Assembly: GCA_963809475.1 (NCBI GenBank)
Contig: CAWEJS010000001.1
Span: 1,818,125 to 1,882,124, forward strand
Reading direction: 5' to 3'
Source of the DNA: an uncultured Acidobacteriota bacterium
Lineage (GTDB): Bacteria; Acidobacteriota; Vicinamibacteria; Vicinamibacterales; JAKQTR01
DNA: 64,000 nucleotides
Positions 36,987 through 46,925 of the stretch are shown piece by piece. Position numbers and translations under genes: made by a program. Position 1 is the first letter of the stretch, and each line of letters starts with the position of its first letter. The notes below the pieces were generated by a model that saw nothing but the letters and a program-made list of their open reading frames with translations, was not told where the DNA came from and made no database searches.

Positions 36987-37891
36987 AGTGCCCCAAGTGC
37001 GGCTACCTCGGTTTCGACAGCGTCGATCGCTGCAAGAACTGCGGCTTCGACTTCTCGCTGGTCGAACGCTCCACCCAAGGCGCGGACGCCGCGAGTTCCT
37101 CCGGGCCGTCTCTCCGCGCGACACCGCTTCGCGATCCTCAGCTCGCCCGGGGTTCGCGGTACCGGAGAACTGGAGCCGCGCCGCCTGCGTCTGGCCTCGA
37201 TCGGCTGCTCGCGGGCCAGCCGGAGGGCACGCCCGTCGATTTGCCGCTGTTCGGCGGCGAGGGAACGGCCCCGGTGCCTCCGCCGCGGCCTCCACTCGCG
37301 GTCAGGCGCTCGACGCCGACGCCCGCACGCATTCGGGCCCGGATCGCGCGACCGCAGCCAGACGCGTTGCCTCTCGATCTGGACGGCCCATCCGAGGCCA
37401 CTCCTGGCCCCGCGCCCGAGCCCGCCACTGCCGCGACGGACCCGGATGAGCACCGCACGAGGCCGCTGGGGGACGCGCCGGCGCCCGCGGGCCGCCGGGC
37501 CACCGCGGCGGCGATCGACCTCGGCCTCGTCGTCCTGATCGATCTCGTCGTGCTGCACTTCACGCTCGCGATCTGCAACCTGACGCTGAACGACGTCCAC
37601 ATCCTCCCCGTCGTGCCGATGGCGGCGTTCCTGCTGCTGTTGAATCTCGGCTACGTCGTGCTCTTCACGGGCACGCTCGGCCAGACGCTCGGCAAGATGG
37701 CCGCCGCGATCGAAGTGGTCCCGGCCGGGCGGGGCGGCATGGACCTGCGGCGGGCCAGTCTCCGCGGCGCGGCGATGATCCTGTCGCTGCTGCCGGCCGG
37801 CCTCGGGTGGATTGCGGGGCTCGTCGGCGACGGCCGCGGCCTGCACGACCGCCTCGCGGGCACGCGCGTCGTCCGCGTGCCGGGATTGTGA
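36983..37891 (+). CDS. RDD-family membrane protein with N-terminal zinc ribbon
   Basis: MKCPKCGYLGFDSVDRCKNCGF is a CxxC...CxxC ribbon. The C-terminal RDD domain has RRATAAAIDLGLVVLID and GLHDRLAGTRVV. The start overlaps the upstream stop. Confidence 0.75.
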   Translation: MKCPKCGYLGFDSVDRCKNCGFDFSLVERSTQGADAASSSGPSLRATPLRDPQLARGSRYRRTGAAPPASGLDRLLAGQPEGTPVDLPLFGGEGTAPVPPPRPPLAVRRSTPTPARIRARIARPQPDALPLDLDGPSEATPGPAPEPATAATDPDEHRTRPLGDAPAPAGRRATAAAIDLGLVVLIDLVVLHFTLAICNLTLNDVHILPVVPMAAFLLLLNLGYVVLFTGTLGQTLGKMAAAIEVVPAGRGGMDLRRASLRGAAMILSLLPAGLGWIAGLVGDGRGLHDRLAGTRVVRVPGL

Positions 37892-37926
37892 CCGCCGTCG
37901 GCCGCTGAACCGCAGGCCCGTCTCCA

Positions 37927-38409
37927 ATGACCACACCGACTCGCTCCTCGCGCATCGCGGTCGCGATCGCGTCGTTCGGCTACACCGGGTTCGCGCCGGT
38001 GGCGCCGGGTACCGTCGGATCGGCCGCGGCGTTCCTGCTGATTCTGCCGCTCCGCTGGGCGGCAGTGCCGGGACTGGAACCGGCGGCCGCGATCCTGCTG
38101 TTCGTCCTGGGCGTCTGGAGCGCCCGGATCACCGAGCGCCACCTCGGCGTCGAGGACCCCGGGCCGGTCGTGCTCGACGAGGTCGTGGGGATGTTCGTGA
38201 GCCTCGTGTGGCTGCCCTCGTCGTGGCCCGTCTTCCTCTCCGCGTTCGTCGCGTTCCGCGTGTTCGACATCGTCAAGCCGTGGCCCACGAACCGGTTCGA
38301 GCGCCTGCCCGGCGGCTGGGGCATCATGGCGGACGACGTGATGGCCGGCGTGTACGCCAACGCCGTCGTGCACCTGCTCATCTGGTGGCGTTCGGAGTGG
38401 ATGCGATGA
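37927..38409 (+). CDS. pgpA: Phosphatidylglycerophosphatase A
   Basis: GFAPVAPGTVGS, GPVVLDEVVGM, FRVFDIVKPWP and GWGIMADDVMAG motifs. Confidence 0.9.
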   Translation: MTTPTRSSRIAVAIASFGYTGFAPVAPGTVGSAAAFLLILPLRWAAVPGLEPAAAILLFVLGVWSARITERHLGVEDPGPVVLDEVVGMFVSLVWLPSSWPVFLSAFVAFRVFDIVKPWPTNRFERLPGGWGIMADDVMAGVYANAVVHLLIWWRSEWMR

Positions 38410-39728
38410 CGGCGTCGCCGGTCCCGCGGCTCCGCTGGGCGGAGATCATCGCCGTCGGCACCGAACTGCTCGTCCCGCCCCGTCTCGACACCAATTCCCT
38501 CGTCATCACGGAACGGCTCAACGCGCTCGGCATCGAAGTCCGGGCGAAAGCCGTCGTCGGCGATCGCGCGGGCGATCTGGAGGCCGCGATCCGCACGGCC
38601 CTCGATCGCACCGAGCTTGTCGTGTTGTGCGGCGGCCTCGGCCCGACCGACGACGACCTGACGCGCGAGGCGGTTGCCGTCGTCACGTCGAGGACGATGG
38701 AGGAGGACCTGGCGATCGTGAGTGTCATCAGGCGGCGATTCAGCGATCGCGGCGCGCGCATGCCCGAACGGAACCGCCGGCAGGCCATGGTGCCGGCCGG
38801 GGCGGTGGTGCTGCCGAACGCGCTCGGAACGGCTCCCGGCCTCTGGATCGAGCACGACGGCCGGATCCTCGTGCTGCTGCCCGGCCCGCCGGCCGAACTG
38901 ACGCCGATGTTCGAGCGCGTCGCCTCCGAGCGCCTCGAGCCCCTCTCCGGAGGCGAGCGGCTGCATCGCCGGGTGCTCCGGATCTGCGGGCGGACCGAGT
39001 CCGAGGTCGACGAGGCCACCGCGCCGGTCTATTCAGGGTGGCTGCACGAGCACCTGCCGGTTGAGACCACGATCCTGTCCTCCCCGGGGAAGGTCGAGCT
39101 TCACCTGACGGTGCGCGCCGCGTCCCCCTCCGAGGCGGCTGCGAGGCTCGACGGCGCATCCGCCCGCTTGTGCGCGATCCTGGGAGCCGACGTGTTCAGC
39201 ACGGACGGCCGGGAACTCGAAGAGGTGGTCGGGCAGCTGCTGCGAGCCCGCGGCTGGCGGATCGCCGTCGCCGAGTCGTGCACGGGCGGTCTCGTGTCGG
39301 CGCGCCTGACGGAGGTTGCGGGCAGCTCCGACTACGTCTCGATGAACGCCGTGTGTTACAGCAACGAGGCGAAGACGTCGTGGCTCGGCGTGCCGCCGGC
39401 GATGCTCGCGGCTCATGGCGCCGTCAGCGAGCCGGTCGCCGTGGCGATGGCGGACGGGATTCGCGCGCGCGCGGGCGTGGAGCTCGGCGTCGGCGTCACG
39501 GGCATCGCGGGGCCATCGGGCGGCTCGGACGAGAAGCCCGTCGGGACCGTGGCCATCGCAGTGACGACGGCGGCCGACCGCATCGTCCGGACCTTCCGGT
39601 TCCCGGCCGGGCGGACGCGTGTCCGCCAGTTCGCCACGCAGCTCGCGCTCGACCTGTCACGACGGGTGATCGGCGGGCAGGCGCCCGGCGGTGCCTTCGT
39701 GTACGCGCCTCCGCCGGATCGCCGGTGA
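38406..39728 (+). CDS. cinA: CinA family protein (MoCF-binding domain + nicotinamide-nucleotide amidohydrolase PncC domain)
   Basis: AEIIAVGTELL...DTNS, LVVLCGGLGPTDDDLT and the C-terminal AESCTGGL...GVTGIAGPSGG motifs. Confidence 0.9.
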   Translation: MTASPVPRLRWAEIIAVGTELLVPPRLDTNSLVITERLNALGIEVRAKAVVGDRAGDLEAAIRTALDRTELVVLCGGLGPTDDDLTREAVAVVTSRTMEEDLAIVSVIRRRFSDRGARMPERNRRQAMVPAGAVVLPNALGTAPGLWIEHDGRILVLLPGPPAELTPMFERVASERLEPLSGGERLHRRVLRICGRTESEVDEATAPVYSGWLHEHLPVETTILSSPGKVELHLTVRAASPSEAAARLDGASARLCAILGADVFSTDGRELEEVVGQLLRARGWRIAVAESCTGGLVSARLTEVAGSSDYVSMNAVCYSNEAKTSWLGVPPAMLAAHGAVSEPVAVAMADGIRARAGVELGVGVTGIAGPSGGSDEKPVGTVAIAVTTAADRIVRTFRFPAGRTRVRQFATQLALDLSRRVIGGQAPGGAFVYAPPPDRR

Positions 39729-40345
39729 TGCGTCTGTTCCTCGCGGTCGATCTCGACGAGCCGTCCCGCGACCGCGTGGCCCGCGCGTCGGGGCAGCTGC
39801 GGCAGCGCGCGGAGCGGCGTCCCGGCCTCGCCCGCACCGTCACGTGGGTCGACGCGCGCAACCTCCACCTCACGCTGCACTTCATCGGGGAGCTCGAGGA
39901 CGATCGGCTGCCGTTGCTGCGGGAGTTGCTGTCGGCCCCGCTCGACCTCGACCCCGCGCGCATCGGCTTCGGCGGATGGGGCGTCTTCCCCGGACGGGGC
40001 GCGGCGCGGGTGATCTGGATCGGCGTGACCGACGGCGTCGAGACCCTCGAGCGGGTCCACGCGGTGCTCGGAGACCGCCTGACGCGGGCCGGCCTCGTGC
40101 CCGAGGCGCGCCCGTTCTCGCCGCACCTGACCGTCGGCCGCGTCAAGGTCGCCACCGGCACGGCGTGGGCGGACCTCGTCCGCGACATGCCGCCCGTCGG
40201 CTGCGGCTGCACCGTGTCGTGCGGCACGCTTTACAGGAGCCATCTCGCCTCCGCCGGTCCGACCTACGAGGCCGTGCTGCATATCCCATTCCTCGGCGAC
40301 ATCCACTCCGAGCCCGCCGGATCGCCGCCGCGCCGGGGCGCGTGA
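39728..40345 (+). CDS. thpR: RNA 2',3'-cyclic phosphodiesterase (2H phosphoesterase, ThpR/LigT)
   Basis: Two HxT motifs are present, HLTLHF and HLTVGR. The N-terminus is MRLFLAVDL. The ATG shares a base with the cinA stop. Confidence 0.85.
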   Translation: MRLFLAVDLDEPSRDRVARASGQLRQRAERRPGLARTVTWVDARNLHLTLHFIGELEDDRLPLLRELLSAPLDLDPARIGFGGWGVFPGRGAARVIWIGVTDGVETLERVHAVLGDRLTRAGLVPEARPFSPHLTVGRVKVATGTAWADLVRDMPPVGCGCTVSCGTLYRSHLASAGPTYEAVLHIPFLGDIHSEPAGSPPRRGA

Positions 40346-40380
40346 TGCTCCCGGCCCTGCGGACCCGGCCGGAGGGCGGA

Positions 40381-40389
40381 TGATAGAAT
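40381..40389 (+). promoter_or_regulatory. Extended -10 element TGATAGAAT, 6 nt upstream of the ftsY ATG (predicts leaderless ftsY mRNA)
   Basis: TGnTAGAAT ends at 40389 and the ATG is at 40396. No Shine-Dalgarno sequence fits in between. Confidence 0.45.
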
Positions 40390-40395
40390 CGCGCG

Positions 40396-41319
40396 ATGGG
40401 CTTGTTCAACCGCGTCCGGGACGGGCTGCGGCGCACCGCGCAGCAGTTGCTGGGGCGCTTCGACGAGATTGCCAGCCGCGCGGACGCGCCCGAGCGGCGC
40501 ACCTCCCATGTCGATGCCGAGACGGCCGGCGCGCTCGAAGAGCTGCTCATCGGCGCTGATGTCGGCGTCGCCGCCTCCGAGCGCATCGTGTCGGCGGTCC
40601 AGGCGCGCGTGCGCCACGGCGAGACGCTGCGCGACCTCGTGAAAGCCGAGATCGTCACGATCCTCGACGGCGCGAGCGGGGCGCCTCCGGCCGCGGGCGA
40701 TCCCACGGTCGTGATGGTGGTCGGCGTGAACGGCACCGGCAAGACCACGAGCGTCGCGAAGCTCGCTCACCTCTGCAAGGCGCGAGGAGAGCATCCGCTC
40801 GTGTGCGCCGCGGACACGTTTCGCGCGGCCGCCGTCGAGCAGCTCGAGATCTGGGCGCGCCGGGCGGACGTCGACGTCATCCGTGCGCGGGAGGGTGCCG
40901 ATCCGGCGTCGGTCGTGTTCGACGCCATGGCCGCCGGCAAAGCCCGGGGCCGGAGCCCGATCATCGTGGACACGGCGGGGCGGCTGCACACCCGCGCCAA
41001 CCTGATGCAGGAACTGCAGAAGATCCGCCGCATCGCCGCGCGCGAGGTGCCCGGCGCGCCGCACGAGGTGCTGCTCGTGCTCGACGCGACGGTGGGGCAG
41101 AACGGCCTGGCCCAGGCGCGGGAGTTCACGGCGACGGCCGGCGTGACCGGGATCGTCCTCGCGAAACTCGATGGTACGGCGAAAGGCGGCATTGCCGTCG
41201 CCATCGCGCACGACCTCGGGCTGCCCATCCGGTACGTCGGCGTCGGTGAGGGGATCGAGGATCTGGTGCCCTTCTCCGCGCAGGAGTACGTCGACGGGCT
41301 GTTCGACGAAGGCTGGTAG
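40396..41319 (+). CDS. ftsY: Signal recognition particle receptor FtsY
   Basis: NG domain only, with GVNGTGKTT, DTAGRLH, TKLDGTAKGG and GVGEGIEDL. There is no long acidic A domain. Confidence 0.95.
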   Translation: MGLFNRVRDGLRRTAQQLLGRFDEIASRADAPERRTSHVDAETAGALEELLIGADVGVAASERIVSAVQARVRHGETLRDLVKAEIVTILDGASGAPPAAGDPTVVMVVGVNGTGKTTSVAKLAHLCKARGEHPLVCAADTFRAAAVEQLEIWARRADVDVIRAREGADPASVVFDAMAAGKARGRSPIIVDTAGRLHTRANLMQELQKIRRIAAREVPGAPHEVLLVLDATVGQNGLAQAREFTATAGVTGIVLAKLDGTAKGGIAVAIAHDLGLPIRYVGVGEGIEDLVPFSAQEYVDGLFDEGW

Positions 41320-41326
41320 CCGCGTG

Positions 41327-42409
41327 ATGGACGACGCGGCGTTCATGGATCGTGCGCTGTTCCTCGCCGGGCGCGCACGGGGCCTGACCACGCCGAATCC
41401 GCTCGTCGGCGCCGTGGTGGTGACGCCGGACGGGATCGTCGCGGGCGCGGGATTCCACGAGTGCGCGGGCGGGCCCCACGCCGAGGTCGTGGCCCTGCGC
41501 GACGCCGGACCAGCCGCCCGCGGCGCGACCCTCTACTGCACGCTCGAGCCCTGCAACCACGTCGGCCGCACGCCGCCGTGCGTCGATGGCATCCTCGAGG
41601 CCGGCATCACCCGGGTCGTCGCCGCCGTCGGCGATCCCAACGCCCAGGTCAGAGGCGGCGGGTTCCGCCGCCTCAGGGACGCCGGCGTCCGCGTGGACGT
41701 CGGCGAGGGCGAAGAGGCCGCGCGCCGGATCAACCGGCCGTTCTTCAGCGCCGTGCGGCGCGGCCGGCCCTACGTCGTCGTGAAGGCCGTGACGAGCCTC
41801 GACGGCCGGATCGCGGCGTCCGCCGGCGTGCGAACGGCGCTGAGTTCCGCGGCGGCGAACCGACGGAGCCAGCTGCTGCGCGCGGAGGTCGATGCCATCG
41901 CCGTCGGATCCGGGACACTGCTCGTCGACGACCCGCTGCTCACCGCCCGCGACGTCTACCGGGCCCGGCCGCTCACGCGCGTCATCTTCGATCGCCGGCT
42001 CCGTGTGCAGCCCTCGGCCCGGGTGTTCGCGACCGCCGACGCGGGGCCGGTCATCGTCGCGACGAGCGCCGCCGCGATGGAACGGGAGCGCGCGCGGGTT
42101 CGCGACCTGGAAGCGGCCGGCGCCACGCTGCTGCCCGTGCCGGACGATCTGGGCGGCGCGCTCACGTGCCTCGCGCCCGGGGGCATCCACTCGCTGCTCG
42201 TCGAAGGGGGACCGGCCCTGCACGCGGCGCTGTGGCGCGCGGGCCTCGTCGATGCGCTGTGGCTCGTCGTGACCCCTCGCGCGCTCGGCCCGGCCGGAGT
42301 ACCATGGGTGAATCGCTCTCAGGTTCCATGGTCCAGCTTGCGCCGCATCTCCGTGCGGCCCTGCGGGGACGATGTGTGTATCGAAGCCGATGTTCACTGG
42401 ACTGATTGA
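41327..42409 (+). CDS. ribD: Bifunctional diaminohydroxyphosphoribosylaminopyrimidine deaminase / 5-amino-6-(5-phosphoribosylamino)uracil reductase
   Basis: NPLVGAVVV, HAEV.AL and TLEPCNHVGRTPPC form the deaminase zinc site. The C-terminal RibD_C reductase domain is also present. Confidence 0.93.
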   Translation: MDDAAFMDRALFLAGRARGLTTPNPLVGAVVVTPDGIVAGAGFHECAGGPHAEVVALRDAGPAARGATLYCTLEPCNHVGRTPPCVDGILEAGITRVVAAVGDPNAQVRGGGFRRLRDAGVRVDVGEGEEAARRINRPFFSAVRRGRPYVVVKAVTSLDGRIAASAGVRTALSSAAANRRSQLLRAEVDAIAVGSGTLLVDDPLLTARDVYRARPLTRVIFDRRLRVQPSARVFATADAGPVIVATSAAAMERERARVRDLEAAGATLLPVPDDLGGALTCLAPGGIHSLLVEGGPALHAALWRAGLVDALWLVVTPRALGPAGVPWVNRSQVPWSSLRRISVRPCGDDVCIEADVHWTD

Positions 42410-43019
42410 GCACACCGGCCGTGTCGCCGCGCTCGACGCCATCGAGGGGGGCTACCGGCTGTCCATCGAGACGCCGCTGGCCGGGGAACTCCGCGGCGGC
42501 GACAGCATTGCGGTCAATGGCGTCTGCCTGACCGTCGTCGGTCAGCTGGGCGCGCGGTTCGAGACCGAGCTCGGGCCGGAGACGGCGCGCGTGACGACCC
42601 TCGGGGCCCTGCGGCCGGACGCAGTCGTGAACCTCGAGCGCCCGCTGCGCCCGGACGGCCGCATGGGCGGCCACTTCGTCCTCGGGCACGTCGACGGCAC
42701 CGGCATGTTGTCCGGCGTGAGGGCCGACGGCGAGTTCTGGTGGATCACGGTCGCCTTCGGTCCCTCGCTCGCGCCGTACTTCATCCCGAAGGGGTCGGTG
42801 GCCGTCGACGGCATCAGCTTGACCGTCGCCGCGCTGCGCGAATCGGAGTTCGACGTCCAGATCATCCCGTTCACCTGGGAGCACACCAACCTGCAGGCCA
42901 GCCGTGCCGGTGACGGGGTCAACCTCGAAGTCGACGTGATCGGCAAGTACGTGCTGCGGGTGGCGCAGCTTGCCGGCATGTGGCCGGCGGGAGCGGCCTC
43001 GCCGCTGGCGCTGCCATGA
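42390..43019 (+). CDS. ribE: Riboflavin synthase (alpha chain)
   Basis: [23 protein letters not shown] and [12 protein letters not shown] represent the duplicated lumazine-binding repeat. The gene overlaps ribD by 20 nt. Confidence 0.92.
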   Translation: MFTGLIEHTGRVAALDAIEGGYRLSIETPLAGELRGGDSIAVNGVCLTVVGQLGARFETELGPETARVTTLGALRPDAVVNLERPLRPDGRMGGHFVLGHVDGTGMLSGVRADGEFWWITVAFGPSLAPYFIPKGSVAVDGISLTVAALRESEFDVQIIPFTWEHTNLQASRAGDGVNLEVDVIGKYVLRVAQLAGMWPAGAASPLALP

Positions 43020-44281
43020 CGTCCCGTTCACGCCCCGAAAGCCGGGCGGCGAAGCCGCCGGCGCCGCCGAAGGCCGCCCGCATGTTCGCCAGGATCGAGG
43101 ACGCCGTCGAGGCGATCCGCGCCGGCGGGATGATCATCGTCGTAGATGGCGAGGACCGCGAGAACGAGGGCGACCTCACCATGGCGGCGTCGGCCGTGAC
43201 GCCCGCCGCGATCAACTTCATGGCCCGCTACGGGCGCGGCCTGATCTGCATGCCGATGACCGGGCAGCGCCTCGACGAGCTCGACATTCCGCTGATGGTG
43301 TCCCGGAACAGTTCGCGCTTCGAGACGGCCTTCTGCGTGTCGATTGAAGCCCGGCACCGCACGAGCACCGGCATCTCGGCGGCCGATCGGGCGGCGACGG
43401 TTGCGGCGGCCATCGACCCGTCGACGACCCCGTCGGACCTGTCGCGGCCGGGGCACATGTTCCCGCTCCGCGCGCGGGACGGCGGCGTGCTGGTGCGCGC
43501 GGGCCAGACCGAGGCCGTGGTCGACCTCGCCCGCATCGCGGGCCTGTTCCCCGCCGGCGTGATCTGCGAAATCATGAACGAGGACGGATCCATGGCGCGC
43601 GTGCCGCAGCTGGCGCGGTTCGCGAAACGCCACGGGATCCTCATGATCACGATCGCGGACCTGATCAGGTACCGCATGCGCACGGAGCGCCTGGTGCGGC
43701 GGATCGCCGAGGCGGACCTGCCGACGCGGTACGGGGCGTTCCGGGCCTTCGCGTACGAGAGCCTCATCGACCACGAGACGCACGTGGTCGTCGTGCGGGG
43801 CGACATCGGAGACGGCCGCGACGTGCTCGTCAGGGTCCACTCGCGGTGCCTGACCGGCGACGTGTTCCACTCGTCGAGGTGCGATTGCGGCGACCAGCTC
43901 GAGTTCGCACTCCGCCGCATCGGCCTCGAAGGGCGCGGCGTCGTCCTGTACCTGAACCAGGAGGGGCGGGGCATCGGCATCGCGAACAAGATCCGGGCCT
44001 ACGCCCTCCAGGACCAGGGTTTCGACACGGTCGAGGCCAACGAGCGCCTGGGCTTCGAGCCCGATCAGCGCGACTATGGGATCGGGGCGCAGATCCTCGG
44101 CGACCTCGGCGTGCGATCCATGCGCCTGCTCACCAACAACCCCAGGAAATTCGTGGGGTTGAAGGGATACGGGCTGTCCGTGTCCGGCACCGTGCCGATC
44201 GAGATTCCGGCCACCGCGGCGAACCGCCGCTACCTCAAGGCGAAGAAGGACAAGCTCGGCCACCGTCTCACGTCCGTCTAG
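43016..44281 (+). CDS. ribBA: Bifunctional 3,4-dihydroxy-2-butanone-4-phosphate synthase / GTP cyclohydrolase II
   Basis: [38 protein letters not shown] and [10 protein letters not shown] motifs. An alternative start at 43082 (MFARIEDA) gives the usual family N-terminus. Confidence 0.93.
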   Translation: MTSRSRPESRAAKPPAPPKAARMFARIEDAVEAIRAGGMIIVVDGEDRENEGDLTMAASAVTPAAINFMARYGRGLICMPMTGQRLDELDIPLMVSRNSSRFETAFCVSIEARHRTSTGISAADRAATVAAAIDPSTTPSDLSRPGHMFPLRARDGGVLVRAGQTEAVVDLARIAGLFPAGVICEIMNEDGSMARVPQLARFAKRHGILMITIADLIRYRMRTERLVRRIAEADLPTRYGAFRAFAYESLIDHETHVVVVRGDIGDGRDVLVRVHSRCLTGDVFHSSRCDCGDQLEFALRRIGLEGRGVVLYLNQEGRGIGIANKIRAYALQDQGFDTVEANERLGFEPDQRDYGIGAQILGDLGVRSMRLLTNNPRKFVGLKGYGLSVSGTVPIEIPATAANRRYLKAKKDKLGHRLTSV

Positions 44282-44292
44282 GCGCGGGCGCG

Positions 44293-44322
44293 TTGACACC
44301 CCGGGCCAACCGACGCTACCAT
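44293..44322 (+). promoter_or_regulatory. Possible sigma-70 promoter upstream of ffh
   Basis: TTGACA, an 18-nt spacer, then TACCAT, about 90 nt upstream of the ffh ATG. Confidence 0.45.
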
Positions 44323-44412
44323 AAGGGTTTGCGCCATAGCGCGTGATGCCGGCCGGACGGTGCGCTCCCTCGAGAGCGGGCGGCGGCATCCGGGCGCAGT
44401 ACGACTGTACCT

Positions 44413-45780
44413 ATGTTCGATTCGCTCAGTGAACGGCTCCAGGGGGTTTTCCGCACGCTGCGCGGCGAGGCACGGCTGTCGGAGTCCGTCGTGGAGTCGG
44501 CGCTCCGCGAGATCCGGATGGCGCTGCTCGAAGCGGACGTCAACTTCAAGGTCGTCAAGGCCTTCGTCGATCGCGTGCGAGAGCGGGCGATCGGCCAGGA
44601 CGTGCTGAGGAGCCTGACGCCTGCGCATCAGGTTGTCAAGATCGTGCGCGATGAACTGATCGCGCTGTTCGGGGATGCGCCGGGTGGCCTCAGGGCGTCG
44701 AAAAGCAGCCCTCATGTCGTCCTGCTGCTCGGGCTGCAGGGCGCGGGCAAGACGACGGCGGCGGCCAAGCTGGCGAAGTGGCTGGTGCGCCAGGGGAAGC
44801 ACCCCATCCTGGTGTCGACCGACGTGCGCCGGCCCGCGGCCATCGAGCAGCTGAACGTGCTCGGACGTCAGGCGGGCATCCGGGTGTTCGACCCGCCGGG
44901 CGAAACGGATCCGGTCGCCCGCGCCGCGGAGTCGCTCACCGAGGCCCGCAATCTCGGGTTCGACGTGGTGATCGTCGACACGGCCGGACGGCTCCACATC
45001 GACGAGCCGCTCATGCGGGAGCTGTGCGCGATCCGCGACACGATCCATCCCGACGACGCGCTCTACGTCGCCGACGCGATGACCGGGCAGGATGCGATCA
45101 AGAGCGCGGGCGAGTTCAACCGGCTCGTCGGCGCGACGGGCGTGATCCTGACGAAGCTCGACGGCGACGCGCGCGGCGGCGCGGCCCTGTCCGTTGTCGC
45201 AGTGGTCGGCGTGCCCATCGCGTTCGCCGGCGTCGGGGAGCGCCTCGAGGACTTCGAGCCGTTCCAGGCGGAGCGGATGGTGTCCCGCCTGCTCGGCATG
45301 GGCGACGTGCTGTCGCTCATCGAGCGCGCGGAGCAGGTCGTCGACCGCGACGACGCGGCCCGCCTCGAACAGAAGCTGCGGGGAGACGATTTCACGCTGG
45401 AGGACTTCCTCGCCCAGTTGCGGACGCTGCGCAAGATGGGGCCGATCGAACAGGTACTCGGGATGCTGCCCGGGCTGGGGAACCTCAAGAAGCTCGGCGA
45501 CGCCGGCCCCGACGAGGGACAGCTGGACGCCGTCGAGGCCATGATCAACTCGATGACGCCATCCGAGCGGCGGAGTTTCCGGATCATCGACGGAAGCCGG
45601 CGGAGGCGGATTGCGCGCGGGAGCGGGACGACGGTGGAAGACGTGAACCGCCTGCTCCGGCAGTTCATGCAGATGCGGAAGATGCTGAAGGCGGTCGGGG
45701 GCGCCGGCGCCGGCGGCGGCAACCGGAAGCGCATGCGCCAGGCCATGGCCATGCTCAAGGGGCGCGGCCTGGGAGCGTGA
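44413..45780 (+). CDS. ffh: Signal recognition particle protein Ffh
   Basis: MFDSLSERLQ, GLQGAGKTT, DTAGRLH, TKLDGDARGG, and an M domain with a Met-rich tail. Confidence 0.97.
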   Translation: MFDSLSERLQGVFRTLRGEARLSESVVESALREIRMALLEADVNFKVVKAFVDRVRERAIGQDVLRSLTPAHQVVKIVRDELIALFGDAPGGLRASKSSPHVVLLLGLQGAGKTTAAAKLAKWLVRQGKHPILVSTDVRRPAAIEQLNVLGRQAGIRVFDPPGETDPVARAAESLTEARNLGFDVVIVDTAGRLHIDEPLMRELCAIRDTIHPDDALYVADAMTGQDAIKSAGEFNRLVGATGVILTKLDGDARGGAALSVVAVVGVPIAFAGVGERLEDFEPFQAERMVSRLLGMGDVLSLIERAEQVVDRDDAARLEQKLRGDDFTLEDFLAQLRTLRKMGPIEQVLGMLPGLGNLKKLGDAGPDEGQLDAVEAMINSMTPSERRSFRIIDGSRRRRIARGSGTTVEDVNRLLRQFMQMRKMLKAVGGAGAGGGNRKRMRQAMAMLKGRGLGA

Positions 45781-45825
45781 GGACGTGAGGAGCGGGGCCG
45801 GACGGCCCGGCGGTGAAGGAGTGAC

Positions 45826-46104
45826 ATGCTGGTGATTCGATTGACCCGGATTGGTGCGAAGAAGCAGCCGACGTATCGCGTCGTGGTCACCGAGGCGCGC
45901 ACGCCCCGGGACAGCCGCGAGATCGAGCGCCTGGGGTACTACAACCCCAAGACCCGGCCGGCGACGCTCAAGGTGGACCGCGAGCGGGTGACGCACTGGC
46001 TGAAGGCCGGCGCGCAGCCGAGCGCGACCGTCAAGAGCCTGCTGAAGAAGTACAAGGAGCCGGTGGCCGAGGCCAGCGCTGCGGCCGCCGCGCCGGCACA
46101 GTGA
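45826..46104 (+). CDS. rpsP: 30S ribosomal protein S16
   Basis: [21 protein letters not shown]...GYYNP. The SD-like GAAGGAG lies 5 nt upstream. Confidence 0.95.
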   Translation: MLVIRLTRIGAKKQPTYRVVVTEARTPRDSREIERLGYYNPKTRPATLKVDRERVTHWLKAGAQPSATVKSLLKKYKEPVAEASAAAAAPAQ

Positions 46105-46355
46105 GCCACGCGCGAGACGTGGCCGAGACGGTGACGCGCGCGCTGGTGGACACGCCGGCCGCGGTCCGCGTCACCGAGTCGGCCCACCGCGACGGCTCGG
46201 TGATCGAGGTGGTCGTGTCGGGTGAGGACCTCGGCCGGGTGATCGGGCGCCAGGGGCGCACGGCGACGGCCATCCGCACCCTCGCCATGGCCACCGCCGA
46301 ACGCGACGGGACGCGCGTCTCCGTCGAGTTCCGTGACGAGCACGGTCAGCGCTAG
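46101..46355 (+). CDS. KH domain-containing RNA-binding protein (UPF0109/YlqC-like)
   Basis: [17 protein letters not shown] is the KH GxxG core. The gene occupies the conserved position between rpsP and rimM. Confidence 0.8.
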   Translation: MSHARDVAETVTRALVDTPAAVRVTESAHRDGSVIEVVVSGEDLGRVIGRQGRTATAIRTLAMATAERDGTRVSVEFRDEHGQR

Positions 46356-46925
46356 ATGGAGGCGGGCTGGGACGATCTGATCCTGGTGGCGCGCGTCGCG
46401 CGTCCCCACGGGCTGCGCGGGGAGGTCATCCTTAACCTCGAGACCGACTTCCCCGAGCAGCGCTTCGCGCCCGGTCACGCCGTCGCGGCCCGGCGCGGCG
46501 GGGTGATCGAGCGCCTCGTCGTGCGGTCCGTCTGGTTCATGAAGGGGCGGCCCGTCGTGGGCTTCGACGGGTTCGAGTCGATCGACGATGCGGAAACGCT
46601 GGCGGGGTGCGAACTCCGGATCCCCCCCGGCGAGCTCGCCGCGCTTCCGCCGGGGATGTTCTACCATCACGACCTGATCGGGTGCCGGGTCGAGACGAGC
46701 GGCGGACTCGCGGTCGGCGACGTGGTGGCGGTGGACGGCGAAGGAGCAGTGAGCCGGCTCGTGGTGCGCACGCCGCTGGGCGAGGAACTGATTCCTCTCG
46801 CCGCCGAGATGTGCCCGGTGATCGACCCGCCCGGCCGGCGGATCGTGATCGCCGCCCCCGAGGGGCTGCTGGGCTTGAACGAGACCGCCCGCAGCCGCCG
46901 GGAGCGGGAGGGCGGGCAGGCGTGA
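46356..46925 (+). CDS. rimM: 16S rRNA processing protein RimM
   Basis: [13 protein letters not shown], a PRC barrel in the C-terminal half, and conserved synteny. Confidence 0.9.
   Translation: MEAGWDDLILVARVARPHGLRGEVILNLETDFPEQRFAPGHAVAARRGGVIERLVVRSVWFMKGRPVVGFDGFESIDDAETLAGCELRIPPGELAALPPGMFYHHDLIGCRVETSGGLAVGDVVAVDGEGAVSRLVVRTPLGEELIPLAAEMCPVIDPPGRRIVIAAPEGLLGLNETARSRREREGGQA

Noticed and set aside
41320-41326. Expected FMN (RFN) riboswitch upstream of the ribD-ribE-ribBA operon
   Set aside because: Only 7 nt separate the ftsY stop from the ribD start, so no riboswitch can fit. The rib genes appear to be read through from ftsY or regulated elsewhere.
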